Shown here: piece by piece, positions 9,329 to 16,343 of the stretch | How the letters are laid out: each line of letters opens with the position of its first letter | Numbering within the stretch: position 1 is the first letter of the stretch | Source: a virus | DNA length: 47,247 bases | IMG/VR virus record: IMGVR_UViG_3300003322_000883 | Span: 1-47,247 of that record | Strand: one strand, 5' to 3' | The notes under the pieces: generated by a model | Told to the model about the DNA's origin: nothing | Database searches by the model: none | Seen by the model: the letters and a program-made list of their open reading frames with translations, nothing else | Translations under genes and position numbers: made by a program

Positions 9329-9356
9329 ATGGGTTCGAGTCCCATCAGCCACCCCA
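9329..9356 (+). other. attP core candidate: 3' end of a tRNA-His gene (T-arm, acceptor 3' strand, discriminator C, CCA)
   Basis: 'ATGGGTTCGAGTCCCAT' forms a T stem-loop. It is followed by 'CAGCCAC', 'C' and 'CCA', closely matching my recollection of the bacterial tRNA-His 3' end (GGGUUCGAAUCCCAUUAGCCACCCCA). No matching 5' acceptor strand (GTGGCTG) lies upstream, so this is a fragment. The integrase gene is adjacent. Confidence 0.65.
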
Positions 9357-9439
9357 ACGAAATGACAAGCGGGACGCGCACTTAGCGCCGGCCGGCGATC
9401 CGCCGGGGTAGCGCCAGGGCAGTTTCGCAAGGGGGCTCG

Positions 9440-9589
9440 ATGCGCTACCTGTGGGCTGCGATCTTGGCGCTGGTGCTGCTGGCGGTGTGGGGCCGGTTCG
9501 GCGAGGGCCTGACCGCGGCGGGCAACGCCGTGGCGTTGGCGGGCTTCATCGCTGTTCTGTTCGTGGTGCTGCGCCGCCCGGGACGCTGA
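9440..9589 (+). CDS. Small two-TM membrane protein (49 aa), unannotated in the track
   Basis: AAGGGGG lies 5 nt upstream of ATG 9440. Sequence: 'MRYLWAAILALVLLAVWGRFGEGLTAAGNAVALAGFIAVLFVVLRRPGR'. About 44 of 48 third positions are G/C. It overlaps the integrase 3' end convergently by 44 nt. Confidence 0.45.
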   Translation: MRYLWAAILALVLLAVWGRFGEGLTAAGNAVALAGFIAVLFVVLRRPGR

Positions 9590-10688
9590 GCCAGGCCTCC
9601 AGGCCGGCCACCTCTCGGTCATCCTGCTGGCCGTCGAGCCAGCGGCTGTACGTGCGCAGGAACATCTCCACGCTGTGGCCGAGCTGGCGGGCGCACCATC
9701 CAGGTGTGCGCCCGGCCATCAGCATCATCGTCGCGTAGGTGTGGCGCATGTTGTTCGGCGGCCGGTAGCGGATGCCCAGGCGCTTGAGCGCCGGGGTCCA
9801 GTAGCTGCGTCGGAACGCGCGCTCCTCGGTCCATGGCGCGCCGTACCTGGGGTCGAGCCACACGTGCTGCCCGGCCAGCAGGGTGTGCGCCTTCTGGCGC
9901 TGCAGCGCGGCGAGCGCGCGGCTGTTCAGGATCACGTTGCGGGCCACGGCCGTCTTGGTCTTGCCCTTCTCGACGCCGCGCACCAGCGCCTCGCGCACCG
10001 TCATGTAGCCCGACGCCAAGTCGACGTTGGGCCACTGCAAGCCCGCAGCCTCCGACGTGCGCACGCCGGTGAAGAAGCGCCATTCCACCAGGTTGCGGAT
10101 CGGGCCCTCGGGCATGGCGCCGATGATCGCCTCGGCCTCCTCGCGCGTGAACGGATCGGGCGGCTCGCGCTGCCACTCCGCGCGCGGCACGCCGTCGAAC
10201 GGGCTGGCCGGCAGCACCTTGTCGACGACGGCGAGCGCGAACGCCTCGCGCGCCACGCTCACGTAGTTGTTGACGGTCTTGCCGCTGAGCTCGGGCCGGT
10301 CGGCCAGGGCCTTGAGCACCTCGCTGTGCTTGACGCTGCGCGCCGGCCGGTCGCCGCCGAGCGCGGCCTTCCAGAACTTGACGGCCGAGGTGTACCCGGC
10401 CTTGGTGCTGTGCTCGATGCGCTGGGCCGCGAGGCCCGTGTCCAGCACGTCGGCCACCGTGGCGCCGCCGACGCCGCCCACCACGCTGAAGTAGTCGGAC
10501 ATGACGAAGGTGTCGTGCCGAATCTTGTCGCGAATCTCGGCGACGAGCCGGTGAGCGTACTTGACGTTGGCCGGGGTGGGCGCGAGCGGCTTGCCGTTGA
10601 GCATGAGGGTCGGCCGCTGGAGGGCACCCTCGTAGGTGAAGACCAGGCGGATGCTGGTCTCGCGGACCTCTACCCCTTTTCGACCCAT
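9546..10688 (-). CDS. int: Tyrosine integrase
   Basis: 'TGVRTSEAAGLQWPNVD' (box I Arg), 'MRHTYATMML', 'LGHSVEMFLRTYSRW' (catalytic Tyr). The likely start is ATG 10688 ('MGRKGVEVRETSIRLVF'); the track ORF extends to 10760. Confidence 0.9.
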   Translation of the reverse strand: MGRKGVEVRETSIRLVFTYEGALQRPTLMLNGKPLAPTPANVKYAHRLVAEIRDKIRHDTFVMSDYFSVVGGVGGATVADVLDTGLAAQRIEHSTKAGYTSAVKFWKAALGGDRPARSVKHSEVLKALADRPELSGKTVNNYVSVAREAFALAVVDKVLPASPFDGVPRAEWQREPPDPFTREEAEAIIGAMPEGPIRNLVEWRFFTGVRTSEAAGLQWPNVDLASGYMTVREALVRGVEKGKTKTAVARNVILNSRALAALQRQKAHTLLAGQHVWLDPRYGAPWTEERAFRRSYWTPALKRLGIRYRPPNNMRHTYATMMLMAGRTPGWCARQLGHSVEMFLRTYSRWLDGQQDDREVAGLEAWLSVPGGAAPRTEQR

Positions 10689-10879
10689 TCCATGATCCCC
10701 TTGATGTCCAGCCAGATGTTGCCGTCGGGGTCGCGATGGTACTGCTTGCCGTCCAACCACTTGCCGTCCTCGATCTTGCGGCGCACGGCCTTGACGGTCA
10801 GCCCCAGCGACGCAGCGGTGACCGGCGTGAGCCGGGCGCGTGGGGCCAGGTGCACTTCGATGGTGGTGTCGGTGCTCAT
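10670..10879 (-). CDS. xis: Excisionase-like DNA-binding protein
   Basis: 69 aa: 'MSTDTTIEVHLAPRARLTPVTAASLGLTVKAVRRKIEDGKWLDGKQYHRDPDGNIWLDIKGIMEWV'. It lies directly upstream of int and overlaps it. TGATG junction with the upstream gene. Confidence 0.65.
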   Translation of the reverse strand: MSTDTTIEVHLAPRARLTPVTAASLGLTVKAVRRKIEDGKWLDGKQYHRDPDGNIWLDIKGIMEWVEKG

Positions 10880-11436
10880 CAGTTCCGCCCGGGATAGCGG
10901 TCGTATGGGACCTTCACGCCGTCGACCAGGAAACCCCACCGCTGCGCCTTCGGACCCGTGATGAACAGCGTGGTGCAAGGTTCACACGGCTCACCCTGAC
11001 GACCAGGCAAAACGAGCTTGTGCCAGCTGCCGGCAGGTCGGTAAAGAATCGATCCCGGCCCGTGCCATTTCACGCTGGTCACATTGCCCTTGTCGTCGAA
11101 GCGCTGCTCCTCGTAGCCCCCGCGCAAGATCACCGTGAGGTAAGGCCAAGGGTGGTCATGCGGATCGCGGCCTGTGTCGCTGCGCAGAATCTCGTGCACA
11201 CGCACAGCGATGCCCAGCTTCTGAAGCACCCAGGTGAACGGCCGGCGCCACGGGTTGACCATGCCGGTGCCGTCGGTGTGAACAATCTCATAGCGCGCAG
11301 CCCGCCGATCACCGTGGGGCAAGGGTATCGGTCGTTCGATCACCACGTTGTAGGGCACCAGCCACCACCGGTTCATGTAGCCGTTCAGATGGAAATAGGG
11401 CGTGCGCTTCGCGCGGTTGATGAGCCAGTCGATCAT
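10879..11436 (-). CDS. Conserved prophage protein with an 'HDHPW' motif (cupin-like; function unknown)
   Basis: AAGGAG lies 7 nt before ATG 11436. Motifs: 'YMNRWWLVPYN', 'RVHEILRSDTGRDPHDHPWPYLTVILRGGYEE'. Confidence 0.7.
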   Translation of the reverse strand: MIDWLINRAKRTPYFHLNGYMNRWWLVPYNVVIERPIPLPHGDRRAARYEIVHTDGTGMVNPWRRPFTWVLQKLGIAVRVHEILRSDTGRDPHDHPWPYLTVILRGGYEEQRFDDKGNVTSVKWHGPGSILYRPAGSWHKLVLPGRQGEPCEPCTTLFITGPKAQRWGFLVDGVKVPYDRYPGRN

Positions 11437-11798
11437 CGTGCAACTCCTTCCAGTCGATCGGCCACGAGCTTCGCGTAGCCAGCGATGTCCACCCACGAGT
11501 CGGCGTAGTTCGGGTCGCCGTTGAGAATGCGTCCGATCTTGTGAGCGATCATGTGCAGCGCTTCCTTCTGGTCATCTTCCAGGGCGTCCCACTTCGGCGT
11601 ATGGGCCATCTGGCGCTTGAGGCGCATCGTGATGTCGGCGTGGCCGACGAAACGCCCGTAGCGCGCGCCGCGCTCGGTAAGCGTGGCGGTCAAGGGGTCG
11701 ATCGGCGCCGGTGGAGTCTCCGGGCGTTCCTCGTTGAGGGTCTGGCGTAGCAGCATGGTGGTTTCCTCGACAGGTCTGCAATCGGGGCAGTGATTCAT
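11433..11798 (-). CDS. Conserved phage protein (DUF6378-like by recollection)
   Basis: ATGA overlap with the helicase stop at 11795-11798. Motifs: 'ERGARYGRF', 'KEALHMIAHKIGRILNGDP'. The track ORF 11433..12323 has a spurious extension into the helicase gene. Confidence 0.65.
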   Translation of the reverse strand: MNHCPDCRPVEETTMLLRQTLNEERPETPPAPIDPLTATLTERGARYGRFVGHADITMRLKRQMAHTPKWDALEDDQKEALHMIAHKIGRILNGDPNYADSWVDIAGYAKLVADRLEGVAR

Positions 11799-13195
11799 CG
11801 CTTCCTCTTCATGTAGTCCAGCAGCGCGTCCTGCACGCTGCGCTTCGATGCGCGTCGGGCCACCACCAGCTCGTCGACGGTGCCGCGCGCCACGATGTAG
11901 TGGACGTGCACGTTGCGCTTGAGGCCGGCCTGGAACTGGCGCATGGGCCCGACGCGCTCGATGAGCTGGTCGTGGTTCTCGAGCGACCAGTCCTGGGCGA
12001 AGAAGCACACGGTGTTGCAGTGGTACTGCAGGCCGTCCACGCCGTGGCCCATGCTGGCCGGGTGGCCCAGCCACAGCACGCCTTCTCCCCGCATCGCCGC
12101 GGCCATGCCGTCCTTGGTGCTCAGGTCCAGCGCGTCGGGGAACGCCTCCAGCAGGCGCTTGCGGTCGCTCTTGAAATGGTAGGCCAGTAGCAGGGGCTCG
12201 CCGCCCAGCTCGTTGAGCAGGGACTCGACGGCCTCGATCTTGGCGGTGTGCACCTCGATGGCGACATCGGGCCCGTAGCGGTCGGGGTCCAGGTACATCG
12301 CGCCGTTGGCGAGCTGCAGGCACTTCATCGTGAGCGCCGCGGCGTTGAACACCTCGACCTCCTCGCCCTTGCCGAGCTGCGTGAACATCTCCTTCTCCAG
12401 CTCGCGGTAATGCTTCTGCGCGCTGGGCGGCATGTCCACCTCGATCACGTTCACGATCGGGTCGGCAAGGTCGAACCAGTCCTTAGGGTCGAGGGTGAGG
12501 CAGATGTCGGCGAGGCGCTCCTGGATGTCGGCCTGCGCGTGCTCGGTGGCCACCCAGCGGTTGAACTGGCCGTTCTTGACCGGACGGAACCACCGGGATT
12601 GAAAGGCGCTGAAGGTGCGGCCCAGGCGCTGGCCCGCATCCAGGAACCACACCTGCCCCCACAGGTCTTCCAGTCCGTTACTGCTCGGCGTGCCGGTCAG
12701 CTCAATGAACCGCTTGACCTCCTTGTGCGCCACCTGGCCGAGGGCCTGGGCGCGCACGCCGCCCTGGCGCAGGCGGAACGATTTCAATCTCGTGGCCTCG
12801 TCAGCAACGACCGTGGTGAAGGGCCACGCTCGTTTGCGTTCCTTGTACCAGTCGCGCAACCACATAAGGTTTTCGAAGTTGATCACCACCACGGGCGCGT
12901 CTTTCATCAACGCCACGCTGCGCTCGGTGACGGCCCCCGTGACGCTAACCAAGTCAAGCCCCCTGAAGGTGGACCACTTTCGTTGTTCGTTGGGCCACGT
13001 GTCTTGCGCCACGCGTTTCGGTGCGAGGATCAAGGTCTGACCGTTTTCGCCCCATACGTTGTGCAAGATGTCAAGATAAGCAAGGGTGATGGAGCTCTTG
13101 CCAAGGCCCGGTTTTGCCCATAGCGCGCATCGATCGCGCTGGCTGATGAAGTCGAAGGCAACACGTTGATGCGGGCGAGGTGAAAACTCACGCAT
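11795..13195 (-). CDS. SNF2-family helicase
   Basis: 'KPGLGKS' (Walker A), 'VADEATRLK' (DEAx box), 'LTGTPSSNGLEDLW', C-terminal 'GHGVDGLQ'. Start ATG 13195 ('MREFSPRPHQ'). Confidence 0.85.
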   Translation of the reverse strand: MREFSPRPHQRVAFDFISQRDRCALWAKPGLGKSSITLAYLDILHNVWGENGQTLILAPKRVAQDTWPNEQRKWSTFRGLDLVSVTGAVTERSVALMKDAPVVVINFENLMWLRDWYKERKRAWPFTTVVADEATRLKSFRLRQGGVRAQALGQVAHKEVKRFIELTGTPSSNGLEDLWGQVWFLDAGQRLGRTFSAFQSRWFRPVKNGQFNRWVATEHAQADIQERLADICLTLDPKDWFDLADPIVNVIEVDMPPSAQKHYRELEKEMFTQLGKGEEVEVFNAAALTMKCLQLANGAMYLDPDRYGPDVAIEVHTAKIEAVESLLNELGGEPLLLAYHFKSDRKRLLEAFPDALDLSTKDGMAAAMRGEGVLWLGHPASMGHGVDGLQYHCNTVCFFAQDWSLENHDQLIERVGPMRQFQAGLKRNVHVHYIVARGTVDELVVARRASKRSVQDALLDYMKRKR

Positions 13196-13704
13196 CACAC
13201 AAACACCCACAACAGTCCCGCGCTACGTCGCCCGGTACGGGCGGCTCTAGCAACAGCCCCCGGAACGACGCCGACGGCATCGGCGGCGTCAGCGACGCAG
13301 GAAAACGTTCGACCGTCAGACGCTCGGACCGGCTTAGCGTTCGGGCTCTGGCCGCGCACGCGCCCTTTTGACCATGCGACGCGACCCAATTCGCGATAGG
13401 CGTGAGCGTGATTCTCGCCGTAGGTAGCCCACTCCAGATTACCAACGGCGTCGCCCCGGTCGACACCACGTTTGTGGTTCACGGTTGGTTTGTTGTCCGG
13501 GTTCGGTATGAAAGCCCGAGCCACCAGCACGTGAACGTAGGCCGATTGGGATGCGCCATCTTTACGTAGCGCCACAGTTCGATAGCCTGCGCTGGTGAGC
13601 CCAGGACGCAGATACTTGCAAGATAGGTGTGAAAACACCGCGCCATCGGCACTGACGCTATAACGGCCTTCGTACCCTTCAACCTCTCGAAGGTCTTGGC
13701 TCAT
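13195..13704 (-). CDS. HNH homing endonuclease (NUMOD4 + HNH_3 type)
   Basis: 'VEGYEGRYSVSADGAVFS', 'VHVLVARAFIPNPDNKPTVNHKRGVDRGDAVGNLEWATYGENHAH'. G+C is lower than in the neighbouring genes. It is wedged between the VRR-NUC and SNF2 genes, with 1-4 nt overlaps. Confidence 0.8.
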   Translation of the reverse strand: MSQDLREVEGYEGRYSVSADGAVFSHLSCKYLRPGLTSAGYRTVALRKDGASQSAYVHVLVARAFIPNPDNKPTVNHKRGVDRGDAVGNLEWATYGENHAHAYRELGRVAWSKGRVRGQSPNAKPVRASDGRTFSCVADAADAVGVVPGAVARAARTGRRSAGLLWVFV

Positions 13705-14003
13705 CGCAGCAACTCCTCGACGCCTTCGATTGAATCGACCACCACCACGACCTGGCCCTTGGCGCGCATGCGCGCGTGCTCGCGAAGCTGGTGGCTTTTA
13801 GCCGGAACGCCGGGCGCCTTGAGCTCCACCCAGATAGTGCGTGCTTCGTGGAAGATCTTGAGCCGCGTGTCGATCACTCGCGCTGGCAGCATCACCAGCC
13901 GATCCGGCGCGCCGCGGCGCTCGATCCACTGGACCTTGCGCACCTCGCCGCCCAGCTCCTTGACGCGCTTGACCAGGTGGCGCTCGATGTCGGACTCACG
14001 CAT
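13701..14003 (-). CDS. VRR-NUC domain nuclease
   Basis: 100 aa: 'GAPDRLVML...WVELKAPGVPAKSHQL', a PD-(D/E)xK pattern typical of VRR-NUC. It sits next to the SNF2 helicase, as in many phage replication modules. Confidence 0.75.
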   Translation of the reverse strand: MRESDIERHLVKRVKELGGEVRKVQWIERRGAPDRLVMLPARVIDTRLKIFHEARTIWVELKAPGVPAKSHQLREHARMRAKGQVVVVVDSIEGVEELLR

Positions 14004-14295
14004 TGCGAGCCCCCAACAACCGATCCTCCCAGGCCTCGCGCAGCATCTTCGACGCGCGGTTTACCTCCTCGGCCGGGATGAACTCGCCGGTGTCCAGGCA
14101 CACGCCAAAGTTCTCGTCGTCGGGGATGTCCGGCAGCGGCGGCTCGCGCTGTTCCTGGTGGAACTGCGTGTTGCCTGAGAGCATGTCGCGCAGCTCGCGG
14201 CGCGTGCGGTCGACGTCGGCCTTGGTGACCTTCTTGGTCGGCTCGTTCACCGTCTCCATCATCCCGGTGGCGGGGTTGAAAATGACCTGCGTCAT
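13996..14295 (-). CDS. Hypothetical protein
   Basis: AAGGAG lies 7 nt before ATG 14295 ('MTQVIFNPATGMMETV'). ATGA overlap with the upstream gene. High GC3. Confidence 0.6.
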   Translation of the reverse strand: MTQVIFNPATGMMETVNEPTKKVTKADVDRTRRELRDMLSGNTQFHQEQREPPLPDIPDDENFGVCLDTGEFIPAEEVNRASKMLREAWEDRLLGARNA

Positions 14296-14507
14296 GGCTT
14301 CACTCCTTTGCGTTGGACACGGGCCAGCAGGTGCACAGGCCACTGCGACTTGATCATCCGGTGGGTGCCGGGCAGGATCACGTTGCAGTGGATGAGGCGG
14401 CCCTGCTGGGTGACGTCGAACACGGTGAGCACGTCGCTGTCCGGGTCGTGCACCGGCACCACAGCATCGCCCGTGAGAATCTCGCCCGGCTTGGCTTCGC
14501 GCAGCAT
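14292..14507 (-). CDS. Hypothetical protein (71 aa)
   Basis: GGAGGA lies 5 nt before ATG 14507. Overlap-coupled to its neighbours. Confidence 0.55.
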   Translation of the reverse strand: MLREAKPGEILTGDAVVPVHDPDSDVLTVFDVTQQGRLIHCNVILPGTHRMIKSQWPVHLLARVQRKGVKP

Positions 14508-14508
14508 G

Positions 14509-14955
14509 TCAGTCCTCCGCGCGCAGCACGCGCCCGCGCTGGTTGCCGCCCATGATCCGCGGCAGCTCGACTTCCTGGAACCGCGGCAGGTGGCTCGGGC
14601 ACAGCGTGAATTTGAAGTTGGGCGAGTACACCGCGTCGCCGGACAGATGCGCGGGCGCCTCGGGGTTGTGCGAGCCGTGCGTCGCGTTCATCCTGGCCTT
14701 GCCGAAGGCGGGACTGCGCAGGGTAAGCTCGTGGTTGCGCACGACCTTCTCGGCTCGCGCCTTGCTGGTGTAGTAGCGCACCGACTTGTGTCCCAGCTTC
14801 GCCTTGAAGAGCATGCCCTTCTCGACCATGCGGTTGGCGTGCTGGCACGACTCGGTGGTGCGGTACTCGGCCAGAGCTGGGTCGCTGCTGTGCACGCCGC
14901 ACTCGCGCGCCGCGAGCTTGAGCAGCAGCTGGGTGAGGTCGCCCTTCACGGTCAC
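14509..14955 (-). CDS. Hypothetical protein, possible winged-helix N-terminus
   Basis: GTG 14955 overlaps the upstream stop (GTGA), with GGAGGGGG just before it. Motif: 'MVEKGMLFKAKLGHKSVRYYT'. Confidence 0.5.
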   Translation of the reverse strand: MTVKGDLTQLLLKLAARECGVHSSDPALAEYRTTESCQHANRMVEKGMLFKAKLGHKSVRYYTSKARAEKVVRNHELTLRSPAFGKARMNATHGSHNPEAPAHLSGDAVYSPNFKFTLCPSHLPRFQEVELPRIMGGNQRGRVLRAED

Positions 14956-15146
14956 CCCCTCCACGCAAGGATGCAGCCGGTGGCGGCGCAGGCCGCCACG
15001 GTGATGATGGCCACCAGCCAGTCGGGCAGGCGCCGCCACCAGGGCGTCGTGTAGATCGTGACCGGGCTCGCGTACTCGGCGCGGGTGTGACCGCTGCGCG
15101 GCGTGCGCTGGCTGAAGAAGGGCTGGTCGAGGAATCGGGGTCGCAT
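14952..15146 (-). CDS. Small tail-anchored membrane protein (64 aa), first gene of a leftward operon
   Basis: AAAGGAA lies 8 nt before ATG 15146. C-terminal TM helix 'WLVAIITVAACAATGCILAW'. Confidence 0.5.
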   Translation of the reverse strand: MRPRFLDQPFFSQRTPRSGHTRAEYASPVTIYTTPWWRRLPDWLVAIITVAACAATGCILAWRG

Positions 15147-15178
15147 GGGGTCGTTCCTTTCTGATTCAGTAAAGCCAA

Positions 15179-15194
15179 TTTAGCACATGCTAAA
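15179..15194 (-). promoter_or_regulatory. Operator/promoter palindrome TTTAGCA-CA-TGCTAAA (copy a)
   Basis: Perfect 7+2+7 palindrome, 33 nt upstream of ATG 15146. On the - strand it reads TGCTAAATT, which is TGn plus a -10-like TAAATT. The conserved downstream 12-mer CTTTACTGAATC is shared with copy c. Confidence 0.6.
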
Positions 15195-15197
15195 GCG

Positions 15198-15578
15198 TTA
15201 GGCGCAGGAAAAACCCTTAGCCCGGCGGGCATCACGCCTCTGGCAGTTCTCCGACGCCGTGACCGGCTCGTGGTGGTCGGGGTGGATGCAGTTCGGTGTG
15301 ACGCACAGGTGGTCCAGCTCGAGGCCGCTGTGGCGCAGCTCCAGGTAGGCGAGCCAAAACTCGTCCATGTCGGCTGGTGCCGCCTCCAGCCGCACGAAGA
15401 GGGCCAGGTGTGCCTGCACCGTGACCACCGCGAGAAGGCCCGGCACGTACACGTTCAAGCGCCCGTAGCCCCAGCGGTCGCGCTTCGATGTCCAGGGCCA
15501 GCACCCGTTGTCGGATGCCGGCTCGGCCGTGTTCGCGACCAGGCGCAGGTGCAGCGTGGGGTAGGGCGAGCGGGCCAT
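15198..15578 (-). CDS. HNH endonuclease (CWxW...GYG / DHxC...N type)
   Basis: 'GCWPWTSKRDRWGYG' and 'DHLCVTPNCIHPDHHEPVTASENCQRR'. Confidence 0.7.
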   Translation of the reverse strand: MARSPYPTLHLRLVANTAEPASDNGCWPWTSKRDRWGYGRLNVYVPGLLAVVTVQAHLALFVRLEAAPADMDEFWLAYLELRHSGLELDHLCVTPNCIHPDHHEPVTASENCQRRDARRAKGFSCA

Positions 15579-15579
15579 G

Positions 15580-15810
15580 TCACTGGTAGGCCGCGCCCAC
15601 GTTCACGCCGATCGCCTCGCGCATCGACACCATCATGAGCGACAGGTGGACCATCTGCTCGGCGATGTTCATCCAGCGCGGGCGCGTGTTCTCGGCCGCG
15701 ATGATGGCCGTGCCGCCGATCGGCACCAGGTCGTCGGGGTTGAGCTGCAGGCGGCCGCAGTAGATGCGCGCCGGGGCTTCGTAGGGGAGAAGGTCGCGTT
15801 GGGTCAGCAT
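15580..15810 (-). CDS. Hypothetical protein (76 aa)
   Basis: AAGGA lies 8 nt before ATG 15810. It sits between two HNH genes. Confidence 0.5.
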   Translation of the reverse strand: MLTQRDLLPYEAPARIYCGRLQLNPDDLVPIGGTAIIAAENTRPRWMNIAEQMVHLSLMMVSMREAIGVNVGAAYQ

Positions 15811-15821
15811 GGGTCAGTCCT

Positions 15822-16340
15822 TTAGATATGCGTCCATTGACGCCGGTTGATGATGTTTTCCACCTGAGAGATGCTGATGCCGAACTGCTCAGCGATGAGC
15901 TTGTAGGTGCGTCGGAGCGCCGCTTCACGTATGAGCCGCACGTCGGCTTCCGTCAACTTGGAACTCCCATGCTTCGCACCGCGCAAGACAGTGCCGTGCC
16001 TCTTCATGTCGTCGCTGTTGTCTTGGCTGGTCCCGTACGCAAGGTTTGCCGCAGCGCAGTTCATTCGGTTTCCGTCGAGGTGACGCACCAGCATGCCGGT
16101 AGGTCTTGGCCCGTGAAAGGTCAGCGCGATCAAAACGTGACGCGTGAAGGACTTGTGTTTGCCGTCGCGGCTCAGGTTCACAACGTCGTAACGCTGTCGT
16201 GAGCCCTCAATCAGCCGCCCACGTCGTAGCAACAGCACGCCGGTGTAGTGCGGCATCAGCCTATCCAACGAACGAATGCGGCCACGATCGCTCGCCTCGT
16301 AAAAGCCTTCATACCCGGGAATGGGCTTCCAAACTTCCAC
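15822..16340 (-). CDS. HNH homing endonuclease (NUMOD4 + HNH_3 + C-terminal HTH)
   Basis: GTG start at 16340. Motifs: 'WKPIPGYEGFYEASDRGRIRS', 'VRHLDGNRMNCAAANLAYGTSQDN', 'SKLTEADVRLIREA...IAEQFGISISQVENIINRRQW'. Lower G+C. Immediately downstream of the polymerase gene. Confidence 0.8.
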   Translation of the reverse strand: MEVWKPIPGYEGFYEASDRGRIRSLDRLMPHYTGVLLLRRGRLIEGSRQRYDVVNLSRDGKHKSFTRHVLIALTFHGPRPTGMLVRHLDGNRMNCAAANLAYGTSQDNSDDMKRHGTVLRGAKHGSSKLTEADVRLIREAALRRTYKLIAEQFGISISQVENIINRRQWTHI

Positions 16341-16343
16341 ACT

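Noticed and set aside
9301-9360. Possible complete tRNA gene
   Set aside because: Only the T-arm, the acceptor 3' strand and CCA are present. There is no complementary 5' acceptor strand (GTGGCTG), D-arm or anticodon arm upstream. It is interpreted as an attP core fragment.
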